Part shown: positions 38,253 through 46,731 of the stretch, piece after piece
Position numbering within the stretch: the first letter of the stretch is position 1
Layout: each line of letters begins with the position of its first letter
Source of the DNA: Pseudomonadota bacterium
Lineage (GTDB): Bacteria; Bdellovibrionota_C; UBA2361; OMII01
DNA: 64,000 bases
Direction: 5' to 3'
Assembly (NCBI GenBank): GCA_038134595.1
Contig: JAYPVM010000003.1
Coordinates: 106,131-170,130 of the forward strand
Position numbers and translations under genes: made by a program
Notes under the pieces: generated by a model
What the model saw: the letters and a program-made list of their open reading frames with translations, nothing else
Told to the model about the DNA's origin: nothing
The model's database searches: none

Positions 38253-39542
38253 ATGAGCGTAAAAGATTTAACGGTCGGGATTGTTGGTTTGGGATATGTG
38301 GGCCTACCCTTAGCTTTGGCTATGGGACGTGTGTTTCCTAATACGATTGGGTTTGACGTAAGTAACAAAAAAATTGACGCGCTTTGCAGGGGAGAAGATC
38401 CGACTGATGAAGGATTTGAAGGTGAGATATCTGATTCCTCCGTGGAGTTTGTTGCTGACGAGGCAATCATTCGTAAATGTGATGTGATAATAGTTGCAGT
38501 GCCAACTCCGATTGACGAAAACCGCCAACCAGACCTCGATATCCTCGTATCTGCTAGTGAAACAGTTGGTAGGAATCTTAAGAAGGGGGCCATCGTCGTA
38601 TATGAGTCAACGGTCTACCCTGGAGTGACGGAGTATGTTTGCTGTCCTGCTCTTGAAAGAGCATCGGGGTTGAAGAGAGGAGTAGATTTTTTTGTGGGAT
38701 ACTCCCCGGAGCGCATTAATCCGGGCGACAAGGAGCATACATTTGAACGTATCGTTAAAGTGGTAGCCGGAGAGTCTGAAGATGTTACGGAAACGATAGC
38801 CTTAATGTATGAACAAGTTGTGACGGCCGGAATTTTTAGGGCCAAGTCAATCCAAACCGCGGAGGCAGCTAAGGTTATCGAGAATACGCAGCGTGATCTC
38901 AATATCGCACTGATGAACGAGCTCTCAATTATTTTTGATAAGATGAAAATCCGTACTCAGGATGTTCTTGAAGCGGCAAGTACCAAGTGGAACTTCTTGG
39001 GCTTTAAGCCAGGGCTCGTGGGGGGGCATTGTATCGGAGTCGACCCTTATTACCTTACAGCAAAGGCGCAGCAACTGGGTTATAACCCAGAGGTTATTCT
39101 GGCTGGTCGGAGAATCAACGATAACATGGGCACCTTTATTGCGGGACGGACAGTTAAGTTGATGATAAACGCAGGTCTTGCACTTCGAGGTGCGAGGGTT
39201 GGTATTCTTGGTATTACGTTTAAAGAGAATGTTTCGGATGTCAGAAATAGTCGAGTGCCTGATATTTATCGCGAGTTACAGGATTTTGGCATCGAGACTT
39301 TGATTTGCGATCCGTTAGCTGATGCCTCACTCGTCAAGGAAGAATACGGAGTTGAGCTATCTGGTCTTGATAGATTCAAAGAGCTCGATGGCATCATTGT
39401 CGCAGTACCACATAAGGAGATTATTACGATGGGGATTCAGGGCGTCTGTGAATGTATCCATAGCAAGGGGGTGCTTGTGGATATTAAGTCAATTTTTGAT
39501 CCGCAAGAGGTGCCCCCAAATCTAGTATACTGGAGTTTGTAG
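38253..39542 (+). CDS. UDP-N-acetylhexosamine 6-dehydrogenase (TviB/WbpO-like)
   Basis: VGLGYVGLPLA, VPTP, YESTVYPG, YSPERINPGD, AEAAKVIENTQRD, GGHCIGVDPYYL; ATG 38253. Confidence 0.93.
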   Translation: MSVKDLTVGIVGLGYVGLPLALAMGRVFPNTIGFDVSNKKIDALCRGEDPTDEGFEGEISDSSVEFVADEAIIRKCDVIIVAVPTPIDENRQPDLDILVSASETVGRNLKKGAIVVYESTVYPGVTEYVCCPALERASGLKRGVDFFVGYSPERINPGDKEHTFERIVKVVAGESEDVTETIALMYEQVVTAGIFRAKSIQTAEAAKVIENTQRDLNIALMNELSIIFDKMKIRTQDVLEAASTKWNFLGFKPGLVGGHCIGVDPYYLTAKAQQLGYNPEVILAGRRINDNMGTFIAGRTVKLMINAGLALRGARVGILGITFKENVSDVRNSRVPDIYRELQDFGIETLICDPLADASLVKEEYGVELSGLDRFKELDGIIVAVPHKEIITMGIQGVCECIHSKGVLVDIKSIFDPQEVPPNLVYWSL

Positions 39543-39543
39543 T

Positions 39544-40563
39544 ATGGCAGGATCTGAGTCGAACGTGTGGGTGGTTACTGGGGCAGCGGGATTTATTGGC
39601 TCGCACATAGTTGAGACCCTCTTGCATAGGGGTGAAAAGGTTGTTGCAGTTGATAATTTTGTCACAGGCTCACGGAAAAATATCGATTTATTAGAAAGTA
39701 TCGCAGGGCTTTCTACCGCGGGAAGTTTAGATTTTAGAGAGTTAGACATAACTGATAGAGCGTCTTTGCACAATTTGTTCTTGGAAGTTAATCCGACCTA
39801 TGTCTTACACCAAGCCGCGCTCGGCTCTGTACCTCGTTCAATAGAGAATCCGATACGATCACACGAGGCTAACGTTGATGGATTTATAAATGTTCTGGAG
39901 GCGTCTCGGCTTGCGCGTGTTCGGCGAATCGTCTATGCGTCATCGAGCTCTGTTTATGGCGACAGTGTTGAAAGCCCTAAAAGAGAGGAAGTAATTGGCG
40001 AGTGTCTTTCGCCGTATGCAGCAACCAAGCGAGCAAATGAAATTTACGCACAGGTGTATGGTCGTACCTATGAAGTAGAAACGGTTGGACTGCGCTACTT
40101 CAATGTCTTCGGTCCGAGGCAGGATCCGAATGGTCCCTATGCCGCAGTAATCCCTCGATGGCTTGCTGCTCTGAAAGAGAGACGGGGGGTTACGATCTTC
40201 GGAGATGGCTCCACATCGAGAGATTTTTGTTATGTTAAGAACGTTGTGCAGGCAAATTTGTTGGCTGCTACCGTTGCATCGTCTAATCTGAGAGGGACCG
40301 ATGTGATAAACATCGCGTGCGGAAACACCACAAGCCTCCTCGAGCTTGAATTTATGTTGCGGAGTGCTGTCGCTGATAGTTTGAAAATCGAGCCGACAGA
40401 TATCCCCGATCCCGTATTTGAGGACTTTCGAAAGGGGGATATAAAGCACTCCCTGGCCGCGATTAAACGTGCTTCGGTGGCGCTACAATATTCGCCAACT
40501 CATTCTGTCGATGATGGAATCCGTGAGCTAGTGAAGCATGAGTTTGAAGCGAGTTCGCGCTAG
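39544..40563 (+). CDS. SDR nucleotide-sugar 4-epimerase (TviC/WbpP-like)
   Basis: TGAAGFIGS, HQAALGSVPRS, YASSSSVYGD, SPYAATK, LRYFNVFGPRQDP...YAAVIP. Confidence 0.93.
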   Translation: MAGSESNVWVVTGAAGFIGSHIVETLLHRGEKVVAVDNFVTGSRKNIDLLESIAGLSTAGSLDFRELDITDRASLHNLFLEVNPTYVLHQAALGSVPRSIENPIRSHEANVDGFINVLEASRLARVRRIVYASSSSVYGDSVESPKREEVIGECLSPYAATKRANEIYAQVYGRTYEVETVGLRYFNVFGPRQDPNGPYAAVIPRWLAALKERRGVTIFGDGSTSRDFCYVKNVVQANLLAATVASSNLRGTDVINIACGNTTSLLELEFMLRSAVADSLKIEPTDIPDPVFEDFRKGDIKHSLAAIKRASVALQYSPTHSVDDGIRELVKHEFEASSR

Positions 40564-40682
40564 TATTTACAAGCATTTAAGGCATCTGTTGCGGCCAGGT
40601 TTTGCCTGAGATCCTCTTCTCTGGTAGTCTCGTCAGAGCTTTTTTATAACAAAAGGCTTACTTTTTTTATACGTTATTCCGA

Positions 40683-41441
40683 GTGTTCCTTAGGGCTTAT
40701 TTCCAGGGGGAGTCAATTGTGAGTTGTTCATTTTGTGGTTTCGCATCCACCGATGCAGACCAAAATTCTTTATCACCATCGCCATTCCAATCGAATGGGA
40801 TCTTGTTTGAAATTATCGAGAGAAGTGAACTCGCAGGATTTACTCTTCATCCACTCGAGCGAGAAGCGTTAGGGTCCGTTGCATCAGAGAAGCGAAAAAT
40901 TGATTTTAGTTTAGGAAGAGCAGCAGCCCATCGAGCCCTTTCTAGGTTCGATATCCCAGCAGAAATTCCTATCCTACGTGGAGAAAGCAGAGAGCCTCTG
41001 TGGCCCGTGGGAATAGTTGGTTCTATTGCCCATGCGTCTGGATATGGTGTTGCGGCTGTAGCGCGAGAGGGCGACTATAGAGGTCTTGGGGTTGATATTC
41101 AGAAGATCGAGGAGCGGTATACTGATCATTTGATATCGAGATTCGCTGATTCCGATGAATTCGAGTGGGTGTGTTCGGATGCTTCGAAGCGTACCGAGCG
41201 AGCTGTCCGATTATTTTCGGCGAAAGAGAGCGTATTTAAGGCGCTGTATCCTATCGGTAGAGTGTGGTTCGCTTTTGATGTAGCGCATCTCTCTCCGTGT
41301 GAATCAGAGGATCGGTTTCATGCTACGGTACGACTGCCATCTATATCGAAGTCAGCGATTAGTCTTGAGGTCGGTGTTATTCAGTATGAGAATCACATCA
41401 TTACGGGCGCAACGCTAACGACGGGTATTGACTGTACCTAA
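40683..41441 (+). CDS. 4'-phosphopantetheinyl transferase (EntD/Sfp type)
   Basis: KR..F..GR..A, P.WP.GIVGSIAH, GVDIQ, FSAKES.FKA; start may be GTG 40719. Confidence 0.92.
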   Translation: MFLRAYFQGESIVSCSFCGFASTDADQNSLSPSPFQSNGILFEIIERSELAGFTLHPLEREALGSVASEKRKIDFSLGRAAAHRALSRFDIPAEIPILRGESREPLWPVGIVGSIAHASGYGVAAVAREGDYRGLGVDIQKIEERYTDHLISRFADSDEFEWVCSDASKRTERAVRLFSAKESVFKALYPIGRVWFAFDVAHLSPCESEDRFHATVRLPSISKSAISLEVGVIQYENHIITGATLTTGIDCT

Positions 41442-41462
41442 GACACTCGAAGGTTAATTGGG

Positions 41463-42179
41463 TTATCCACCATGGAGTTTAATGGCGGATGTGTACGTTT
41501 CAGTTTTTCCTCGAGGTGTCTTAAGCTCAGCGCTGAATTGGATAATTGCGGGGAGTTTCCTGCTGTCTTCATTTTGCCAAACGTCTGACCATTGTTTTGA
41601 TTCTTTGTTGAAAAATTTAAAGTTTATTGAGGATAGATTGTTTGCGATCGGAAAACGCAAAGCGTTTTTGCACGCTGTGCTAAGGGGCTTTGTGTACGGG
41701 ACTTCCTCTCGGATTAGATAAAATTGCCCCTCAGGCAGTTGATCCTCGCCTGAGGACCCTTTCGCGGGCCGATATGTAATCTGAACAAGACCAGAATGAG
41801 TTCCTCCGTCTGGAACATATTGCCCTGCTTCCTGAGCAATAAACGATAGGGACATTCCTCCTGTAACGCTTTCAGTTATGAGGAATGGATTCTTTTGCAC
41901 TCCAGATTGATTGTTGGATCCAGTTGTGAGTCCATTGCAACTTGGAAGCAGGGGACGGCGTACCGCAAGTTGTAGCTCCTTTGATATTCTTGTAAGGAGC
42001 GAATTTGCTAAGAACATTCCCTCTCTTTTATCATCAAGCATTTGCTTAGATTCCATTATGCCGAGCAGGATTTTGTAGTTGAGGGTTATCATGACACTCA
42101 GAATTGCGAGTGCAGTAATAACCTCTATCAGAGTAAATCCCTGTTCTTGCTGCCGTGTATGAGGTCTTCCACGTTTCAT
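41463..42179 (-). CDS. gspJ: T2SS minor pseudopilin GspJ
   Basis: Prepilin motif QG-FTLIEV; C-terminal W...W...LP; position after H and I. Confidence 0.8.
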   Translation of the reverse strand: MKRGRPHTRQQEQGFTLIEVITALAILSVMITLNYKILLGIMESKQMLDDKREGMFLANSLLTRISKELQLAVRRPLLPSCNGLTTGSNNQSGVQKNPFLITESVTGGMSLSFIAQEAGQYVPDGGTHSGLVQITYRPAKGSSGEDQLPEGQFYLIREEVPYTKPLSTACKNALRFPIANNLSSINFKFFNKESKQWSDVWQNEDSRKLPAIIQFSAELKTPRGKTETYTSAIKLHGG

Positions 42180-42189
42180 ACGAGTTGCC

Positions 42190-42678
42190 CTATCTTGTGC
42201 CCAAACTCTTTAGAAGTCTTAGCGATATCGAGTCTTGTTGATTTGATCCCCAAGATACTCGAACGGTGATTTGTTTCATCGTTGTTTCTTCGACCTCGGG
42301 CAACGGCAAAATCCAGTCCTCGATTTGTAGCTCTGCTACGATATCCTTAAGAGGATTAGGAGTATCGGTTTCTCGATCGAGCGGTATGTCAAGTTGCGCC
42401 ATTAAGTCGCTAGCAGGTTGTTGGCTCTGACTGGCAAGATCAAATTCGTCGTCGGGTATTGATTCTATCGAGGCCATGATTCTTCTTGCTGCCAACAGCG
42501 CCTGTTGCGCTGAGGTATCTCGAATTGTTCTTTTAATGGCGGCACTTTGCATTCCAATAAGAATTGACCCGGCCGCTGCAAGTAGTGCCAAGGCAATCAT
42601 TACCTCAAGAAAAGTAAACCCTGACTCCCGAGTTCTCGGTTTGAAGTTTTTTATGTGTCTGTCTTTCCAAGTGTCCAC
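42190..42678 (-). CDS. gspI: T2SS minor pseudopilin GspI
   Basis: SG-FTFLEVMIALA; ITVRVSW; start placed at GTG 42678 after AAGGA, overlapping the end of gspH. Confidence 0.8.
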   Translation of the reverse strand: MDTWKDRHIKNFKPRTRESGFTFLEVMIALALLAAAGSILIGMQSAAIKRTIRDTSAQQALLAARRIMASIESIPDDEFDLASQSQQPASDLMAQLDIPLDRETDTPNPLKDIVAELQIEDWILPLPEVEETTMKQITVRVSWGSNQQDSISLRLLKSLGTR

Positions 42679-43298
42679 GTGAGTTCCTTGTATCCTTGAA
42701 ATATCTCCGCTAGGCCCGTCCACGGATTTGATAGAATCGTCGTAACGATTTTCTTCCGATTGCCAAGGTGCACAACTCCGAATTCGGAAAATCCCCTCGG
42801 AGAAAACAATAGATATGGTTTTTGCTCGTCGCCTTCATCGCGAGTATGTTTGCCTCGTGGTGTCACGATATCGAGAAAAACCATCGAGCTCGGGAGTGTC
42901 GTTGGTTTTGCGAGAGAAGGAATGCTAGGTGGTGGAATCATCGTGGCACTACTTCCAATACTCGGACTGAGCAAGGCGGCGAGTTCAAGCTCTAGGGGAG
43001 GGAGGTTTGCTCCACAGGTGCTGTTTGAGACAATATCGTCCGGGTTCATGACACCAACCCGATAAGAATTCGCTTCTAGATCAAATTCGAGCCGATAAAA
43101 GGCCTGGTCCATCACCGCCTGATTGTTTAACAAGACAAGTGTCTCCGATAGCCTCCGGAGTGCAGTTTGCTCCTTCCAGCTATCGAGACCACCCAAACGA
43201 ACACTTACCAAACCCAAAGCCAGCGCCATAATCGTTATGACAAGCACTAATTCAATGAGCGTAAAGCCACGTTGTCTGTTCTGACCAGTTGTTAGCAT
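42651..43298 (-). CDS. gspH: T2SS minor pseudopilin GspH
   Basis: RG-FTLIELVLV; F.P.G and NPWTG motifs; follows gspG. Confidence 0.8.
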   Translation of the reverse strand: MLTTGQNRQRGFTLIELVLVITIMALALGLVSVRLGGLDSWKEQTALRRLSETLVLLNNQAVMDQAFYRLEFDLEANSYRVGVMNPDDIVSNSTCGANLPPLELELAALLSPSIGSSATMIPPPSIPSLAKPTTLPSSMVFLDIVTPRGKHTRDEGDEQKPYLLFSPRGFSEFGVVHLGNRKKIVTTILSNPWTGLAEIFQGYKELTWTLGKTDT

Positions 43299-43334
43299 TG
43301 AATGGGAGCCTCTTTTCCGGCTTACCGATAAAAA

Positions 43335-43754
43335 TTATGGGCCGGTAACGACAATATCCGCGCTACCACCAGTGCCCCCGTCTTTTCCGTCGGCACCGAG
43401 GGATTTCAACTCATAGGAGCGTCCTCCGTTGGTCACGCGGTATGAAACATCTCTTCCCCAAGCATCCGTTGCATCTGTGACATCTGCCGCTGCTAGATTG
43501 CTCGGAAGAGAGTTGTTTGCCAGTTGATACATGTTGATATCACCCTGCATTTGATTCATTTTTGTACGGGATAGTTGCGCTTTGGCTTTGTCACCAGCGG
43601 AGAACACTCGTCCTGTAACAAACGAGCCAATTATTCCTACCAACATGAGTACAACGATTATCTCGATAAGCGTTAATCCCAGTTCGTTTGCGGAGCGTAA
43701 GGGCCGTTTAGATAGTTTTTTGCGAGGGTCAACAAGATTGATAATAGTGTCCAT
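43335..43754 (-). CDS. gspG: T2SS major pseudopilin GspG (compact)
   Basis: G-LTLIEIIVV; D.WG..Y, YEL.S.GADG..GG.G..ADI. Confidence 0.9.
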   Translation of the reverse strand: MDTIINLVDPRKKLSKRPLRSANELGLTLIEIIVVLMLVGIIGSFVTGRVFSAGDKAKAQLSRTKMNQMQGDINMYQLANNSLPSNLAAADVTDATDAWGRDVSYRVTNGGRSYELKSLGADGKDGGTGGSADIVVTGP

Positions 43755-43865
43755 CGAAATATCCTACTAAGTATATTCTAAAACTAATTTAACAAGGTGT
43801 GATAGTAACCTATACTCTCTATCCTACGGTATCTGGAGAGGAGAAGAAACTAGGATTTTACCCAG

Positions 43866-45089
43866 TTACTGCACAATCTGCATAAGCTCTACCATTGGTA
43901 GGAGCACCGCTATTACGATAGAGAAGACGATTGCACCGAGAAACATAATCATAAGCGGCTCGAGGAGGGTTGTTAGCCCTGAAATCGAAGAATTTGCCTC
44001 ATACGAAAAGGTTTTCCCAGCTTTTTGAAGCATAGGTTCCAGGTTGCCACTTTTTTCTCCGATTGCGATCATCTGGGTTAGTAAATCAGGAAAATAACCG
44101 GACTTTGATAGTTCTCGAGCAAGGCTTTTACCTTCCTTTACTCCCTCTCTTGCCTCCTCAAGAGCTTGGCGCATATGGACGTTTCCTATGATGTTTTTGA
44201 CGATATCCAAAGCCGCGAGTAGTTGAACGCCCCCATTAAGCAGTGTAGCAAGCGTAGAGGCAATCCTCGCCGTTGTTACCTTGCGATTGATACTCCCGTA
44301 TATCGGTAGCTTTAGGAAGGTCTTATCAAACCAAGCTCGACCTGCAGTGCTCTGATAGGTGCGGCGGATGTAGAATGCAAATCCAAATACACTTATTATT
44401 ATCAGCCACCAGTACCCCAATAGAAAATCGGAAAAAGCGATGATAATTTGCGTTGGAATTGGCAAGCTAATGTTTTGCTTTATGAATATCTCTACGATGT
44501 TTGGCACAACAAGGGCTACAAGGAGTATTACAACTGCAATACAGAAGACAAACATGAGAATGGGATACATTAGTGCATTTGTCACTCTGCGCTTAAGTTC
44601 CAACTGAGCCTCGTAGTAATCTGCAAGGTTTGTTAATGAGGTGTCTAGCGCACCGGAGGCTTCACCGGATGCCACCATATTTACATACAGCCTGGGAAAT
44701 ACCTTGGGATAACCACCCATAGCTTTGGCAAGAGAGGACCCTTGTTCTACTTTCTCCTTGATGTCGACAATTATCCGCTTAAAGTGCGGTGCCGTCTCTT
44801 GCTCGGAAAGTGAAAGGAGAGCAGGAATAAGAGGAAGCCCTGCATTGGATAAGGTTGCCAGTAACCTCGTCGCCACGGTAAGCTGTTTAATCGAAATTCG
44901 TTCTCCAATCAAAAGTTGCTTGACATCTCGACTTTTGGCCCCAGCGGCTTTAAGAGACTCTTTGATGTCGGTTGGAAAGATATTTTTGCCACGAAGCTTT
45001 TGTCGCGCTGAGCGAATAGTGTCGGCTTCAATAGAACCCTTGATTTTTTTGCCCGAGCTCTGTAACGCTGTGTACTCATATACTGGCAT
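43866..45089 (-). CDS. gspF: T2SS inner-membrane platform protein GspF
   Basis: MPVYEY.A, YVNMVASGEASG.L, ALMYP, MIAIGEKSG.L..ML, LLEP.MI. Confidence 0.95.
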   Translation of the reverse strand: MPVYEYTALQSSGKKIKGSIEADTIRSARQKLRGKNIFPTDIKESLKAAGAKSRDVKQLLIGERISIKQLTVATRLLATLSNAGLPLIPALLSLSEQETAPHFKRIIVDIKEKVEQGSSLAKAMGGYPKVFPRLYVNMVASGEASGALDTSLTNLADYYEAQLELKRRVTNALMYPILMFVFCIAVVILLVALVVPNIVEIFIKQNISLPIPTQIIIAFSDFLLGYWWLIIISVFGFAFYIRRTYQSTAGRAWFDKTFLKLPIYGSINRKVTTARIASTLATLLNGGVQLLAALDIVKNIIGNVHMRQALEEAREGVKEGKSLARELSKSGYFPDLLTQMIAIGEKSGNLEPMLQKAGKTFSYEANSSISGLTTLLEPLMIMFLGAIVFSIVIAVLLPMVELMQIVQ

Positions 45090-45103
45090 GCGTATTTATT
45101 CCT

Positions 45104-46729
45104 TTACGTAGAATCGTCATGACTAGCTAGCAACACCTCTTCGACAGAAGTGAGTCCCGCAAGGACCTTTCGACCTCCATCTGCACGGAGCGTACAAAAG
45201 CCCCGTTTGATAGCCGTATTTTTTATCGAGTTTGAATCTACTCTCTGTAGTATCTGACCTCTTAGCTCATCATCGATGAGTAGTAATTCATGGATTCCAA
45301 GCCGACCGGAGTATCCACTACCCTGGCATTTAGTACAGGAGGGCTGCGAGCCAGGGCGAAAGGCAGCTCTATTAGATATGTGAGCTGGGTTTAGGCTTAA
45401 TTCTCGAAGCTCTTCATCGGATATCTGGTAGGGAACCTTACATGATGGACACAACTTTCTGACAAGCCGCTGGGCCAGTACAGCTAAGAGACTCGAGGAC
45501 ACGAGAAAGGGCTCCACTCCCATATCAAGAAGTCTGCTTACCGCTCCTGCTGAATCATTGGTGTGAAGCGTTGAGAGCACAAGGTGGCCGGTCAGAGACG
45601 CTTGTATGGCAATTTCTGCAGTCTCGGTATCTCGAATTTCTCCAACCATTACGACATCAGGGTCTTGTCGCAGAATTGCGCGTAGTCCACTTGCAAAAGT
45701 GAAATCGATTTTTGGATTGACCTGCATTTGACCAATGCCGTCGAGCTGATATTCGATCGGATCCTCAACGGTCAAAATGTTAAGATCTGGTTTGTTTATA
45801 TTTGTAAGACAGGCATACAGGGTAGTGGTTTTACCAGACCCTGTTGGGCCAGTTACTAAGATAATTCCATTTGGTTTAGCCAGTAATTTGGTGACGTGAC
45901 TAAGAATACTTTCTTCCACACCTAGTTGCGCGATATCGAGCACCGCTCCAGCCTTGTCGAGAAGGCGCATCACAATTCGTTCTCCGAACTGTGTGGGTAC
46001 CGTAGATACACGTATGTCAACGTCTTTTCCTGCGATTTTAAGACCTATTCTACCGTCCTGGGGGAGTCTTTTTTCAGCTATGTTAAGGCCCGCCATGATC
46101 TTAACGCGAGATATAATTGCGGCCTGAAAACCTTTTTCTTCACTGGCAACGTCGTATAAGACTCCGTCAACACGAAAGCGTACTTTAAGTTTGTCTTCAT
46201 AGGGTTCAATGTGAACATCAGAGGCTCTTTCCGAATTCGCTTTAAAGATTATCGCGTTTACGTACCGAATAATCGGTGCATCATCGTCGTCAGAGTCAGT
46301 TACATCAATCTTAAGCTGCTGAGAGATGTCGTCGCTTTCCCCTGACTCTTCTGAATTCGATAGATTGTTAGACTTATCGCTCATAAGGCTCGTGCGAATA
46401 GAGTTAATCGCAGAGGTAATTTGGTCCGGTGTGCTCACTATAAGCTGGATTGGCCGATTATAGCAGACCTGTATCTGTTCGAGCGCCTCACTATTTAGGG
46501 GATCTGCTGTAGCGATGACGACGTGTTTTTCGTTTCCATCAATTGGTACGAGAAGCACTTGGCGGCCCCATGATCCGGCGATACGGTCAAAGTCCCCTCT
46601 GTGAAGGTTTCGCGGTGGTTGGGGAGTAGGTAATTGTTCGACAAACGGGAGATTGAGCGTCTGCGCGAGTAATTTTAACTCATTTGGAGCGCCTTGAGAC
46701 ATCGTCGCTTTGGAGGATGCGAAGTTCAT
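45104..46729 (-). CDS. gspE: T2SS ATPase GspE
   Basis: ASDVHIEP, EKRLPQDGRI, GPTGSGKTTT, LRQDPD..MVGEIRD, TGHLVLSTLHTN, CxxC..CxxC. Confidence 0.96.
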   Translation of the reverse strand: MNFASSKATMSQGAPNELKLLAQTLNLPFVEQLPTPQPPRNLHRGDFDRIAGSWGRQVLLVPIDGNEKHVVIATADPLNSEALEQIQVCYNRPIQLIVSTPDQITSAINSIRTSLMSDKSNNLSNSEESGESDDISQQLKIDVTDSDDDDAPIIRYVNAIIFKANSERASDVHIEPYEDKLKVRFRVDGVLYDVASEEKGFQAAIISRVKIMAGLNIAEKRLPQDGRIGLKIAGKDVDIRVSTVPTQFGERIVMRLLDKAGAVLDIAQLGVEESILSHVTKLLAKPNGIILVTGPTGSGKTTTLYACLTNINKPDLNILTVEDPIEYQLDGIGQMQVNPKIDFTFASGLRAILRQDPDVVMVGEIRDTETAEIAIQASLTGHLVLSTLHTNDSAGAVSRLLDMGVEPFLVSSSLLAVLAQRLVRKLCPSCKVPYQISDEELRELSLNPAHISNRAAFRPGSQPSCTKCQGSGYSGRLGIHELLLIDDELRGQILQRVDSNSIKNTAIKRGFCTLRADGGRKVLAGLTSVEEVLLASHDDST

Positions 46730-46731
46730 TG

